Part shown: positions 8,821-17,507 of the stretch, piece after piece
Layout: every line of letters starts with the position of its first letter
Numbering within the stretch: position 1 is the first letter of the stretch
Assembly (NCBI RefSeq): GCF_013410355.1
Contig: NZ_JACCFI010000001.1
Span: 847,478 to 879,477 of the forward strand
DNA from: Agromyces hippuratus
Lineage (GTDB): Bacteria > Actinomycetota > Actinomycetes > Actinomycetales > Microbacteriaceae
Reading direction: 5' to 3'
DNA length: 32,000 bases
Program-made: the position numbers and the translations under genes
Notes under the pieces: generated by a model
Seen by the model: the letters and a program-made list of their open reading frames with translations, nothing else
Told to the model about the DNA's origin: nothing
Database searches by the model: none

Positions 8821-8909
8821 CCTGCTTGTCGCGGCTGCACGCCGATGTCAGGATGTGTTCGGGCCACGCCGACGCGAGCCCGCCCCAGCTCCCCACCGCA
8901 AGGACCTCG

Positions 8910-10571
8910 ATGCGTGCTGCACCCGTGACCACCTCCTCGAACGTGCGCAGGCTCGCCGCCGCCGGCGTCGCCCTCGTCTCGACGATCGCACTCGCCGCCT
9001 GCCAGGCGCCGGCGCCCGTAGCATCCGGCGAGCCGGTGTCGGGCGGCACGCTCAGCTACGCGAGCGGCGACGCCGAACCGACCTGCCTCGACCCGCACGT
9101 CGGCGGCAACTACCCGCAGGCGCTGCTCGCCGGCCAGTTCCTCGAATCGCTCGTTTCGCGCGACGCATCGGGCGAGATCATCCCCTGGCTCGCGGAATCG
9201 TGGACGGTCGCCGACGACGGCCTCACGTGGGAGTTCACCCTTCGCGACGACGTCGCCTTCACCGACGGGACGCCGTTCGACGCCGCCGCCGTCAAGGCCA
9301 ACGTCGAGCACGTGAAGGACCCGGCGACCCAGTCGTCGACGGGCTACCTCGCTCTCGGCAAGGTCGAGGCCGTCGAGGTCGTGGGCGACCAGGTTGCCCG
9401 CTTCGTGATGAATGCGCCCGACAGCGCCCTGCTCGAGTCTCTCAGCCAGCCGTGGGTCGCCATCGAATCACCCGCCGGCCTCGCCCGCGGCATGGACGAG
9501 AACTGCCAGGCGCCGATCGGCACCGGCCCCTTCGTCGTCGACGAGTGGGTCAAGCAGGATCGCGTGTCGCTCGTGCGCAACGACGACTACACCTCCCCGC
9601 CCGCCGATGCGGCGCACGAGGGGCCCGCGTACCTCGACGCGATCGACTGGCGCTTCGTTCCCGACTCCGCTTCACGGTATGCGGCACTGCAGGGCGGCCA
9701 GGTCGACGTCATCGACAACCCCCAGCCCGACACCATCGCGGCTGCGAAGTCGAACGACTCGCTCACCTGGCTCGACGCGCCGCGCCCCGGCGCTGCGAAC
9801 CGCATCGAGCTCAACTCGGGTCAGGCCCCGTTCGACGACGAGCGCGTGCGCGAGGCGTTCATCCGCGCGGTCGAGGTCGACGAGGGCATCGACGCGCTCT
9901 TCTTCGGCACGGCGGAGCGGTCGTACTCGCCGCTCTCCTCGGTCGAGGCGGTCGCGTACGCCGACGACTCGCTCTTCCAGCCCGACCTCGAGCGGGCGAA
10001 TGCCCTCCTCGACGAGGCTGGGTGGACGGAGCGCGACGCCGACGGCTATCGCGTGAAGGACGGTGCGCGGCTGACCCTGCGCTTCCCGGTGAGCACGAAC
10101 CAGTCGATCCCCGCCGAGCAGTCGCTCTTCGAGCAGGTCCAGGCGACGGCCGGGGCAGCGGGCTTCGACGTCGTGATCGAGCTCCTCGACCTCTCGAGCT
10201 GGTACGGCGCGCTCGCGGCGCACGAGTACGAGATCGTGAGCGCTCCGTACACCAAGGTCGGCCCCGACGTCCTGCGCATCCTGTATCACTCCGACAGCAT
10301 CACGCCGGCGCCGAGCGGGTACTTCGCGAACCTCGCACAGCTCGACGACCCAGAGGTCGACTCGCTCCTCGCCGATGCTGCGACGACGAGCGACGCCGAA
10401 GCCCGCGCCGGGCTCTACGAGCAGGCGCAGCAGCTGATCCTCGGCGGTTACTACCTGCTGCCGCTGTACGACCAGCAGAACAGCTTCCTGCTCAGCACGT
10501 CCGTACAGGGGGCCCGCGCGATGCCGACCGTCTCGACGCCGACGTTCTATGACGCCTGGCTCGCCGGCTGA
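8910..10571 (+). CDS. ABC transporter substrate-binding lipoprotein, family 5 (peptide/nickel type)
   Basis: In-frame ATG 8910 of track ORF 8631..10571, with AAGGA 5 nt upstream. It gives MRAAPVTTSSNVRRLAAAGVALVSTIALAAC with a lipobox (LAAC). The body is a DppA/OppA-like family 5 solute-binding protein. Confidence 0.88.
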   Translation: MRAAPVTTSSNVRRLAAAGVALVSTIALAACQAPAPVASGEPVSGGTLSYASGDAEPTCLDPHVGGNYPQALLAGQFLESLVSRDASGEIIPWLAESWTVADDGLTWEFTLRDDVAFTDGTPFDAAAVKANVEHVKDPATQSSTGYLALGKVEAVEVVGDQVARFVMNAPDSALLESLSQPWVAIESPAGLARGMDENCQAPIGTGPFVVDEWVKQDRVSLVRNDDYTSPPADAAHEGPAYLDAIDWRFVPDSASRYAALQGGQVDVIDNPQPDTIAAAKSNDSLTWLDAPRPGAANRIELNSGQAPFDDERVREAFIRAVEVDEGIDALFFGTAERSYSPLSSVEAVAYADDSLFQPDLERANALLDEAGWTERDADGYRVKDGARLTLRFPVSTNQSIPAEQSLFEQVQATAGAAGFDVVIELLDLSSWYGALAAHEYEIVSAPYTKVGPDVLRILYHSDSITPAPSGYFANLAQLDDPEVDSLLADAATTSDAEARAGLYEQAQQLILGGYYLLPLYDQQNSFLLSTSVQGARAMPTVSTPTFYDAWLAG

Positions 10572-11532
10572 GCAGCGCCGCTCCCCCCGCGGCGCCACCG
10601 TTCGCCGCGCCGGCCTGCTCGTGGCCGGCGCGGTGTTCGTGCTGTGGGCGGTGGCCACGCTGACCTTCTTCGCGATCCGACTGATCCCCGGCGATCCGGC
10701 GCAGGCGATCCTCGGCGGCCCGGGCTCGCAGGCGTCCCAGGAGGCGCTCGACCAGGTGCGTCGCGACTACGGGCTCGACCAGCCGCTCATCGTGCAGTAC
10801 TTCGCGATGCTCGGTCGCCTGCTCACGGGCGACCTCGGAACGTCGTACGCCCTCAAGCTCCCCGTCGCCGACCTGCTCGCGGCCCAGCTCGGCGGCACGC
10901 TGCTGCTCGCCGCGCTCTCCCTGGTGCTCGCATGGGTCCTGGCGCTCGGTCTCGCGATCTGGTCGACCGGGCGCGGCAGGATCGCGAGCGCCGTCGGCGA
11001 GGGCATCGAGATCACGACCGCTGCCCTGCCGCACTTCTGGCTCGCCGCCGTGCTCATCGCGGTCTTCAGCGTGGCGCTGGACTGGCTGCCGCCCGTCGCC
11101 ACCGGCACTCCCGTCGGGTTCGTGCTGCCCGTCGTGACCCTCGCGATCCCGCTCGCGGGCTTCCTGGCCCAGGTCATGCGAGACAGCCTCCTCGACGCGA
11201 TGCAGCAGCCCTTCGTCGTCTCCGCCCGCGCCCGCGGCGAGAGCGCTCTGGGCCTCCGTGTGCGCCACACGATCCGGCACGCCGCACTCCCGGCCATCAG
11301 CCTGTCGGGCTGGGCGCTCGGCTGGCTGCTCTCGGGGGCGGTCGTCGTCGAGACGATCTTCGCGATGCCCGGGCTCGGTCGCACCCTGCTGCAGGCGGTG
11401 ACGCTCCGAGACATCCCGGTCGTCACCGGCGTGGTGCTGCTCGTCGCGCTCGTGTACGTGCTGATGACCGTGCTGACCGATCTCGCGGCTCGCATCGCCG
11501 ACCCTCGATTGCGTCAGGAGTCCAGCCGATGA
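10549..11532 (+). CDS. ABC transporter permease (DppB/OppB-like)
   Basis: 327-aa ORF with the FAIRLIPGDP N-terminal motif typical of BPD-type peptide permeases and multiple TM helices. The start is uncertain: it overlaps the SBP gene by 23 nt and has no clear SD. Confidence 0.85.
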   Translation: MTPGSPAEQRRSPRGATVRRAGLLVAGAVFVLWAVATLTFFAIRLIPGDPAQAILGGPGSQASQEALDQVRRDYGLDQPLIVQYFAMLGRLLTGDLGTSYALKLPVADLLAAQLGGTLLLAALSLVLAWVLALGLAIWSTGRGRIASAVGEGIEITTAALPHFWLAAVLIAVFSVALDWLPPVATGTPVGFVLPVVTLAIPLAGFLAQVMRDSLLDAMQQPFVVSARARGESALGLRVRHTIRHAALPAISLSGWALGWLLSGAVVVETIFAMPGLGRTLLQAVTLRDIPVVTGVVLLVALVYVLMTVLTDLAARIADPRLRQESSR

Positions 11533-12404
11533 GCGATCTCGAACTCCAGCAGGCCACCGCGGTCTCGGCAGCCGCGCACGCGCCCGCACGTCGTAGAGGT
11601 CGGATGCCGCGGGTCGGCACCCTCGTCGCGGGAGCGTTCGTGCTCTTCCTCCTCGCAGCGACACTCGCGCCGGAACTCGTCGCGACGCAGGATCCCAACG
11701 AGATCGCCCCCGCCGACGCGTTCCAGTCCCCGTCGCCCGCGCACTGGTTCGGCACCGACGAGTCGGGCCGCGACATCTACAGCCGCGTCGTCGCCGGCAC
11801 CGCCACGTCGCTCCTCATCGGGGTCGCGGCGACCGCGATCGGCCTCGCGCTCGGACTCGTGCTCGGCGTGCTGGCGAGCTTCGGCGGCCGGGTCGTCGAC
11901 TACGGCGTCAACCGCCTCGTCGAGGTGCTCTTCGCCTTCCCGGGGCTCCTCCTCGCACTCCTCGTCATCGTCGTGTACGGACCCGGCCCCGTCACGGCCA
12001 CGGTCGCGGTCGGCCTCTCCACGGCGCCGGGCTACGCCCGGATCATCCGTGGCCAGCTCGTCGCGATCCGCTCGTCGCAGTACGTCGAAGCCGCGCGGGT
12101 GCTCGGCCGTTCCCCCGCCCGCATCCTCTCCCGGCACGTGCTGCCGAACGCGCTCATCCCGATCTTCGTGCTCGCGACACTCGGCATCGGCCAGGCGATC
12201 GTCTGGGCCGCCGCCCTCAGCTATCTCGGACTCGGTGCCCAGCCCCCGGCCGCGGAGTGGGGTGCGATGCTCGCCGCCGGCCGTACGTACCTCGCGACCG
12301 CATGGTGGATGACGGTGTTCCCCGGGCTCATGATCGTCGGCACGACCATCGCGACGACCGTGCTCGGTCGCGCACTCACACGTCGCGGGCGGGGCGAGCG
12401 ATGA
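11529..12404 (+). CDS. ABC transporter permease (DppC/OppC-like)
   Basis: In-frame ATG 11529 of track ORF 10644..12404 (ATGA overlap with the upstream stop) gives MSDLELQQATAV... It contains HWFGTDESGRDIYSRVVAG, characteristic of DppC-type permeases. Confidence 0.88.
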   Translation: MSDLELQQATAVSAAAHAPARRRGRMPRVGTLVAGAFVLFLLAATLAPELVATQDPNEIAPADAFQSPSPAHWFGTDESGRDIYSRVVAGTATSLLIGVAATAIGLALGLVLGVLASFGGRVVDYGVNRLVEVLFAFPGLLLALLVIVVYGPGPVTATVAVGLSTAPGYARIIRGQLVAIRSSQYVEAARVLGRSPARILSRHVLPNALIPIFVLATLGIGQAIVWAAALSYLGLGAQPPAAEWGAMLAAGRTYLATAWWMTVFPGLMIVGTTIATTVLGRALTRRGRGER

Positions 12405-14065
12405 ACTCGGAACCCGCTCCGGTGCTCGACGTGTCGCGACTGCGTGTCGCGTTCGAAGGAGTCGAGGTCGTGCACGGCGTCGACCTCACTATCTCCCGGG
12501 GCGAATGCGTCGCCATCGTCGGCGAGTCCGGTTCGGGCAAGTCGGTGACGGCGCGGGCACTGCTCGGCATGGCCGGCGCCGGTTCACAGGCCTCGGCCGA
12601 GCGGCTGCGCATCGACGGCCTCGATCTGCGGGCGGCGAGTGAACGCGAGTGGCGAGGCGTGCGCGGGCGTCGGGCGGGGCTCATCCTGCAGGACGCGCTC
12701 GGTTCCCTCGATCCGCTCAGAACCGTCGGCCGCGAGATCGACGACCCGCTCAGGATCCATCTGCGGCTGTCGGCGGCCGAGCGGTCGGCTCGAGTGCTCG
12801 AGCTCCTCGCCGATGTCGGCATGCCCGAACCGGCGTTCGCCGCCGGGCGCCGTTCGGGCGAACTGTCGGGCGGACTCCGTCAGCGCGCGCTCATCGCCGC
12901 GGCGATCGCGCTCGATCCGCCCCTGCTCATCGCCGACGAGCCGACGACTGCGCTCGACGTCACCGTGCAGGCGCGGATCCTCGCCCTGCTCGACGAGATC
13001 CGCGAACGCGGCACGGGGATGCTGCTCATCAGCCACGACCTGGCCGTCGTGTCGCGCATGGCCGACCGCATCCTCGTCATGCGCGACGGACGGATCATCG
13101 AGCAGGGCCCGACCCGAGCCGTGCTGGAGTCGCCGCGGGAGGACTATACGAGAGCACTGATCGCGGCGGTGCCGGCGCAGACGCCGCGCGGGGAGCGACT
13201 CTCGATGACGCCGAAGCAACCGGCGATCCGCACGACGAGGGCAACGCCGACGCCGCCGGCCGCGGCTCCCACCGTCGAAGCGACTCCGCTCCTCGAGCTG
13301 GCGCACCTCACCAAGACGTTCGCCGTGCCCGGCGGCCGCTTCACGGCCGTCGACGACGTGTCCCTGTCGCTCCGGCGCGGCGAGACGCTCGGACTCGTCG
13401 GCGAATCCGGCTCGGGCAAGACCACGGTGGCTCGACTGGCCCTCGCCCTCACGGCGCCCGACCGCGGCACGGTGCGCTTCGACGGCGAGGAGTGGTCGGA
13501 GCTGGCCGAGCGGCGCCGGCGCCCGGCGCGCCATCGGATCGGCGCGATCTACCAGGACCCGCTCGGCTCCTTCGACCCGCGGTGGAACGTCGGCCGCCTG
13601 CTCGCCGATGCGGTGCGCGGTGCCCGCGAGGCGGGCACGAGCGACAGGTCCTCCGGACCCACCGCTCCCGTCGTCACCGCACTCCTCGACCAGGTCGGGC
13701 TCGCGGCATCCGTCGCCGACCGGCGGCCCCTGACGCTGTCCGGTGGCCAGCGGCAACGAGTGGCGATCGCGCGAGCCCTTGCCGGGTCGCCCGAGCTCCT
13801 GATCTGCGACGAACCCGTCTCCGCGCTCGACGTGACGATCCAGGCGCAGATCCTCGACCTGCTCGACGACCTGCAGCGACAGCGCGGCCTCGCCCTGCTG
13901 TTCATCTCGCACGATCTCGGCGTCGTGCAGCACATGGCCGACCGGGTCGCGGTCATGCAGGCCGGCCGGGTCGTCGAGAGCGGCGCCGCCGACGCGCTGT
14001 TCGCACACCCGGAGCATCCGTACACCGCCCGACTCGTCGCCGATTCGCCCCGCCTCCCCCGCTGA
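12401..14065 (+). CDS. ABC transporter ATP-binding protein, fused double ATPase (DppD/DppF-like)
   Basis: In-frame ATG 12401 (ATGA overlap). There are two Walker A sites (GESGSGKS, GESGSGKT), two signature motifs (LSGGLRQR, LSGGQRQR) and two Walker B sites (LLIADEPT, LLICDEPV). Confidence 0.9.
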   Translation: MNSEPAPVLDVSRLRVAFEGVEVVHGVDLTISRGECVAIVGESGSGKSVTARALLGMAGAGSQASAERLRIDGLDLRAASEREWRGVRGRRAGLILQDALGSLDPLRTVGREIDDPLRIHLRLSAAERSARVLELLADVGMPEPAFAAGRRSGELSGGLRQRALIAAAIALDPPLLIADEPTTALDVTVQARILALLDEIRERGTGMLLISHDLAVVSRMADRILVMRDGRIIEQGPTRAVLESPREDYTRALIAAVPAQTPRGERLSMTPKQPAIRTTRATPTPPAAAPTVEATPLLELAHLTKTFAVPGGRFTAVDDVSLSLRRGETLGLVGESGSGKTTVARLALALTAPDRGTVRFDGEEWSELAERRRRPARHRIGAIYQDPLGSFDPRWNVGRLLADAVRGAREAGTSDRSSGPTAPVVTALLDQVGLAASVADRRPLTLSGGQRQRVAIARALAGSPELLICDEPVSALDVTIQAQILDLLDDLQRQRGLALLFISHDLGVVQHMADRVAVMQAGRVVESGAADALFAHPEHPYTARLVADSPRLPR

Positions 14066-14191
14066 TCCGGGCGGGCGAGGCGCGCCGACGGCGTCCAGCC
14101 GGCTCTCGGCGCGCTCTCCGGTAGGCTGGATCGTCGCACATTCAGGCACCTCACCACCGACACGGTGCCGCCGATATCGAACCGGAGCATC

Positions 14192-16774
14192 ATGACCGAC
14201 ACCGCGCGCATTCCCGACAAGCCCGCTCTCGAAGGCCTCGAATCGGTTTGGGGCGGCGCGTGGGAGCGCGAGGGCACGTACCGGTTCGACCGCACGACGG
14301 CGACGCGCGAGTGCATCTACTCGATCGACACCCCGCCGCCGACCGCCTCGGGTTCGCTCCACATCGGCCACGTCTTCTCGTACACGCACACCGACGTCGT
14401 GGCGCGCTTCCAGCGCATGCGCGGCAAGAGCGTCTTCTACCCGATGGGCTGGGACGACAACGGACTGCCCACCGAGCGCCGCGTGCAGAACTACTACGGC
14501 GTGCGCTGCGACCCCACCCTGGCGTACATCGAGGGCTTCGCGCCGCCGTTCGAGGGCGGCGACGGCAAGTCGACGAAGGCCGCCGACCAGGTGCCGATCA
14601 GCCGCCGCAACTTCATCGAGCTGTGCGAGCGGCTGACCGTCGAAGACGAGCAGCAGTTCGAGGCGCTCTGGCGCCAGCTCGGCCTGTCGGTCGACTGGAC
14701 CCAGACCTACCGCACGATCGGCGACGAATCGCTCTTCGCGTCGCAGCTCGCCTTCGTGCGCAACGTCGAGCGCGGCGAGGCGTACCAGGCGCTCGCCCCG
14801 ACCCTGTGGGACGTCACCTTCCGCACCGCCGTCGCCCAGGCGGAGCTCGAGGACCGCGAGCAGCCGGGCCATTACCACCGCATCTCGTTCCACCGCCCCG
14901 ACGGCGGTGTCATCGAGATCGAGACGAGCCGGCCCGAGCTCATCCCCGCGTGCGTGGCCCTCGTGGCCCACCCCGACGACGAGCGCTACCAGCCGCTCTT
15001 CGGCACGACTGTCACGACGCCCGTCTTCGGCGTCGAGGTGCCCGTCGTCGCCCACCACCTCGCCCAGAAGGACAAGGGCACGGGCATCGCCATGATCTGC
15101 ACGTTCGGCGACATCACCGACGTCGTGTGGTGGCGCGAACTCGACCTGCCGAACCGCGCGATCATCGGCTTCGACGGCCGCGTCATCGCCGAGGCCCCCG
15201 ACGTCATCACCTCCGAGGCGGGCAAGGCGGCGTTCGCCGAGCTGGTAGGCAAGACCACCTTCTCGGCCAAGCAGGCCGTGGTGCAGCAGCTTCGCGACTC
15301 GGGCGACCTCCTCGCCGACCCGAAGTCGATCACCCACCCGGTCAAGTTCTTCGAGAAGGGCGACAAGCCGCTCGAGATCGTCTCGACGCGCCAGTGGTAC
15401 ATCCGCAACGGCGCCCGCGACGAGGCCCTCCGCGAACGCCTGCTCTCGCACGGCCGCGAGATCGACTGGCACCCCGACTTCATGCGCGTGCGCTACGAGA
15501 ACTGGGTCGGTGGGCTCTCTGGCGACTGGCTCGTCTCGCGCCAGCGCTTCTTCGGCGTGCCGATCCCCGTCTGGTACCCGCTCGACGCCGCGGGCGACGC
15601 GGTGTTCGACGAGCCGATCGTCGCGACCCGCGAGATGCTTCCGGTCGACCCGTCGTCGGCCGCTGCACCGGGCTTCGACGAGTCGCAGCGTGGCGAGGCC
15701 GGCGGTTTCATCGGCGAGCACGACGTCATGGACACCTGGGCGACGTCCTCGCTGACCCCGCAGCTCGCCGGCGGCTGGGAGCGCGACCCCGAGCTCTTCG
15801 ACCTGGTCTTCCCCTACTCGCTGCGGCCTCAGGGTCAGGACATCATCCGGACCTGGCTCTTCTCCACCACGCTCCGCGCCGAGCTCGAACACGGAGTTGC
15901 TCCGTGGGCGAACGCCTCGATCTCGGGCTTCATCGTCGACCCCGATCGCAAGAAGATGTCGAAGTCGAAGGGCAACGTGGTCACCCCCGCAGGGCTCCTC
16001 GACCAGCACGGCTCCGACGCGGTGCGCTACTGGGCGGCATCGTCGCGCCTCGGCACCGACGCGGCGTTCGACCCGCAGAATCCGACGCAGGTCAAGATCG
16101 GCCGCCGCCTCGCCATCAAGGTGCTGAACGCGGCGAAGTTCATCCTCGGCTTCGACGGCCGAGCGGATGCCCCGGTGACCGTGCCCGTCGACCGCAGCAT
16201 GCTCGCCGAACTCGCGGGCGTCGTCGAGCGCGCCACCCGTTCACTCGAGGCCTACGACCACGCACGCGCGCTCGAGCTCGCGGAGACGTTCTTCTGGACG
16301 TTCTGCGACGACTACCTCGAGCTCGTGAAGGAGCGCGCCTACGGCGAGCCGAGCCCCGAGCAGGCCTCGGCGGTCGCGGCGCTGAAGACCGCGCTCGACG
16401 TGCTGCTCCGTCTCTTCGCGCCCGTCATCCCGTTCGCGACCGAAGAGGCGTGGCGCTGGTCGCACGAGGGCTCGGTGCACGTCGCATCGTGGCCGAGCGT
16501 CGACGACCTGGCCGCCCGTGGCGAAGCCGGCGTCGAGCTGCTCGAGATCGCAGGCCTCGCGCTGACCGGCATCCGGCGTGCCAAGACCGACGCGAAGGCG
16601 TCACAGAAGACGCCCGTCGCGAGTGCCGTGATCGCAGCACCCGCCGCAACGATCGCGCTGCTGGAGTCGGTCGTATCAGATCTGCGTGCGGTGGGGCGCA
16701 TCGCCGAGCTCGGTTTCGTCGAAGCCGAGTCGTTCGAAGTCCGCGACGTCGTCTTCGAGGCGCCGTCGGAATAG
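14192..16774 (+). CDS. valS: Valine--tRNA ligase (short ~860-aa form)
   Basis: In-frame ATG 14192 (GGAG 4 nt upstream) within track ORF 14165..16774. Class I signatures are present: PPPTASGSLHIGHVFSY (HIGH) and KMSKSKGN (KMSKS). The MGWDDNGLPTERRVQNYYGV block is as in ValRS of this type. Confidence 0.85.
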   Translation: MTDTARIPDKPALEGLESVWGGAWEREGTYRFDRTTATRECIYSIDTPPPTASGSLHIGHVFSYTHTDVVARFQRMRGKSVFYPMGWDDNGLPTERRVQNYYGVRCDPTLAYIEGFAPPFEGGDGKSTKAADQVPISRRNFIELCERLTVEDEQQFEALWRQLGLSVDWTQTYRTIGDESLFASQLAFVRNVERGEAYQALAPTLWDVTFRTAVAQAELEDREQPGHYHRISFHRPDGGVIEIETSRPELIPACVALVAHPDDERYQPLFGTTVTTPVFGVEVPVVAHHLAQKDKGTGIAMICTFGDITDVVWWRELDLPNRAIIGFDGRVIAEAPDVITSEAGKAAFAELVGKTTFSAKQAVVQQLRDSGDLLADPKSITHPVKFFEKGDKPLEIVSTRQWYIRNGARDEALRERLLSHGREIDWHPDFMRVRYENWVGGLSGDWLVSRQRFFGVPIPVWYPLDAAGDAVFDEPIVATREMLPVDPSSAAAPGFDESQRGEAGGFIGEHDVMDTWATSSLTPQLAGGWERDPELFDLVFPYSLRPQGQDIIRTWLFSTTLRAELEHGVAPWANASISGFIVDPDRKKMSKSKGNVVTPAGLLDQHGSDAVRYWAASSRLGTDAAFDPQNPTQVKIGRRLAIKVLNAAKFILGFDGRADAPVTVPVDRSMLAELAGVVERATRSLEAYDHARALELAETFFWTFCDDYLELVKERAYGEPSPEQASAVAALKTALDVLLRLFAPVIPFATEEAWRWSHEGSVHVASWPSVDDLAARGEAGVELLEIAGLALTGIRRAKTDAKASQKTPVASAVIAAPAATIALLESVVSDLRAVGRIAELGFVEAESFEVRDVVFEAPSE

Positions 16775-16782
16775 GGGGAACC

Positions 16783-17229
16783 ATGAACTACGAGATCCGA
16801 TCGGCCGGTGACGACGACTTCTTCGGATGGCTGCCGCTGTTCGAGGCGTACTGCCGCTTCTACGAGACCGAACTCGACGACGCCAAGGCGCTGATCGTCT
16901 GGAACTGGATCCGCGACGAGTCCGAGCCGCTGCAGGCCGCGCTCGCCGTCGACGACGAGGGCAGGCCCGTCGGGCTCGCCCACTACCGGGCGGTGCCGAA
17001 CTCGCTGACCGCGACGCGGGGCATGTACCTCGACGACCTCTACGTCGACGAGAGTGCTCGGGGATCGGGCATCGGGCGGGCGCTCATCGAGTACGTGCAC
17101 GCCCGCGCCGCCGAGATCGGCCAGGGCGGGGTCAGCTGGATCACCGCAGCCGACAATGCGCCGGCGCAGCAGGTCTACGACCAGCTCGCCAAACGCACCA
17201 GCTGGGTCACCTACGAGATGGACGCCTGA
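16783..17229 (+). CDS. GNAT family N-acetyltransferase
   Basis: In-frame ATG 16783, 8 nt after the valS stop and preceded by GGGGGAA. The 148-aa product has the acetyl-CoA binding motif ARGSGIGRALIEYV. The rest of track ORF 14248..17229 is an out-of-frame shadow of valS. Confidence 0.85.
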   Translation: MNYEIRSAGDDDFFGWLPLFEAYCRFYETELDDAKALIVWNWIRDESEPLQAALAVDDEGRPVGLAHYRAVPNSLTATRGMYLDDLYVDESARGSGIGRALIEYVHARAAEIGQGGVSWITAADNAPAQQVYDQLAKRTSWVTYEMDA

Positions 17230-17453
17230 TGCGGCTCGGCACGCGATGGGCGTTCGGCTCCCAGCCGCCGGTCAGCGTGCCGGCCGAGCTGCGCGAACGC
17301 ATCGCAGCCGCAGAGACGGCGTTCACCGGCGACGGTGCGAACCGTCACTGGACGCTCACCTGGCTCGAGGGCCGGCCGATCGCCGAACTCGACGACGGCA
17401 CGGTCGTGCGCGACACGATCGTCGACGCGCACGACGCCGACGAGGACTGGTAG
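17229..17453 (+). CDS. Hypothetical 74-aa protein, translationally coupled to the GNAT gene
   Basis: ATG 17229 overlaps the GNAT stop (TGATG). The product is MRLGTRWAFGSQPPVSVPAELRERIAAAETAFTGDGANRHWTLTWLEGRPIAELDDGTVVRDTIVDAHDADEDW. Third-codon positions are almost all G/C, consistent with real coding. I recognise no family. Confidence 0.55.
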   Translation: MRLGTRWAFGSQPPVSVPAELRERIAAAETAFTGDGANRHWTLTWLEGRPIAELDDGTVVRDTIVDAHDADEDW

Positions 17454-17507
17454 CGGCCACCCGCTCAGCGCACGCGCGCGGCCGGAACGATGCGCGGCCG
17501 GATTCGG

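Noticed and set aside
8631-8909. N-terminal extensions in the ORF track. Cases: SBP from 8631, ctaA from 24757, tkt from 27512, tal from 29629, dcp from 18353, valS from 14165, ndk from 3258, sufD from 24083, Rieske from 22384, ctaB from 27476, GntR from 8791.
   Set aside because: The extensions run through intergenic DNA or neighbouring genes, lack family-like sequence, or begin at TTG/GTG codons without an SD. Internal starts with an SD, stop-start overlaps or signal-peptide logic fit better.
14066-14191. Possible T-box or other leader upstream of valS, analogous to the one before ileS.
   Set aside because: There is no GGUGGUACCGCG-like core and no antiterminator-type fold in the 126-nt spacer. 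I see only a -10-like TAGGCT and weak GC pairings.
16783-17453. GNAT plus small ORF as a GNAT-type toxin-antitoxin module.
   Set aside because: The gene order is the reverse of known GNAT/RHH systems (the small gene is downstream). No RHH/DUF1778-like N-terminus is visible in the 74-aa protein, and the pair appears to be part of the valS transcript. It is kept only as a low-confidence question in the findings.
17476-17502. 11-nt direct repeat GCGCGGCCGGA (17476-17486 and 17492-17502) between the convergent small ORF and the methyltransferase.
   Set aside because: There are only two short GC-rich copies 16 nt apart, with no further periodicity. This is too little to call a repeat element or a CRISPR-like array, and it is plausibly chance in GC-rich DNA.
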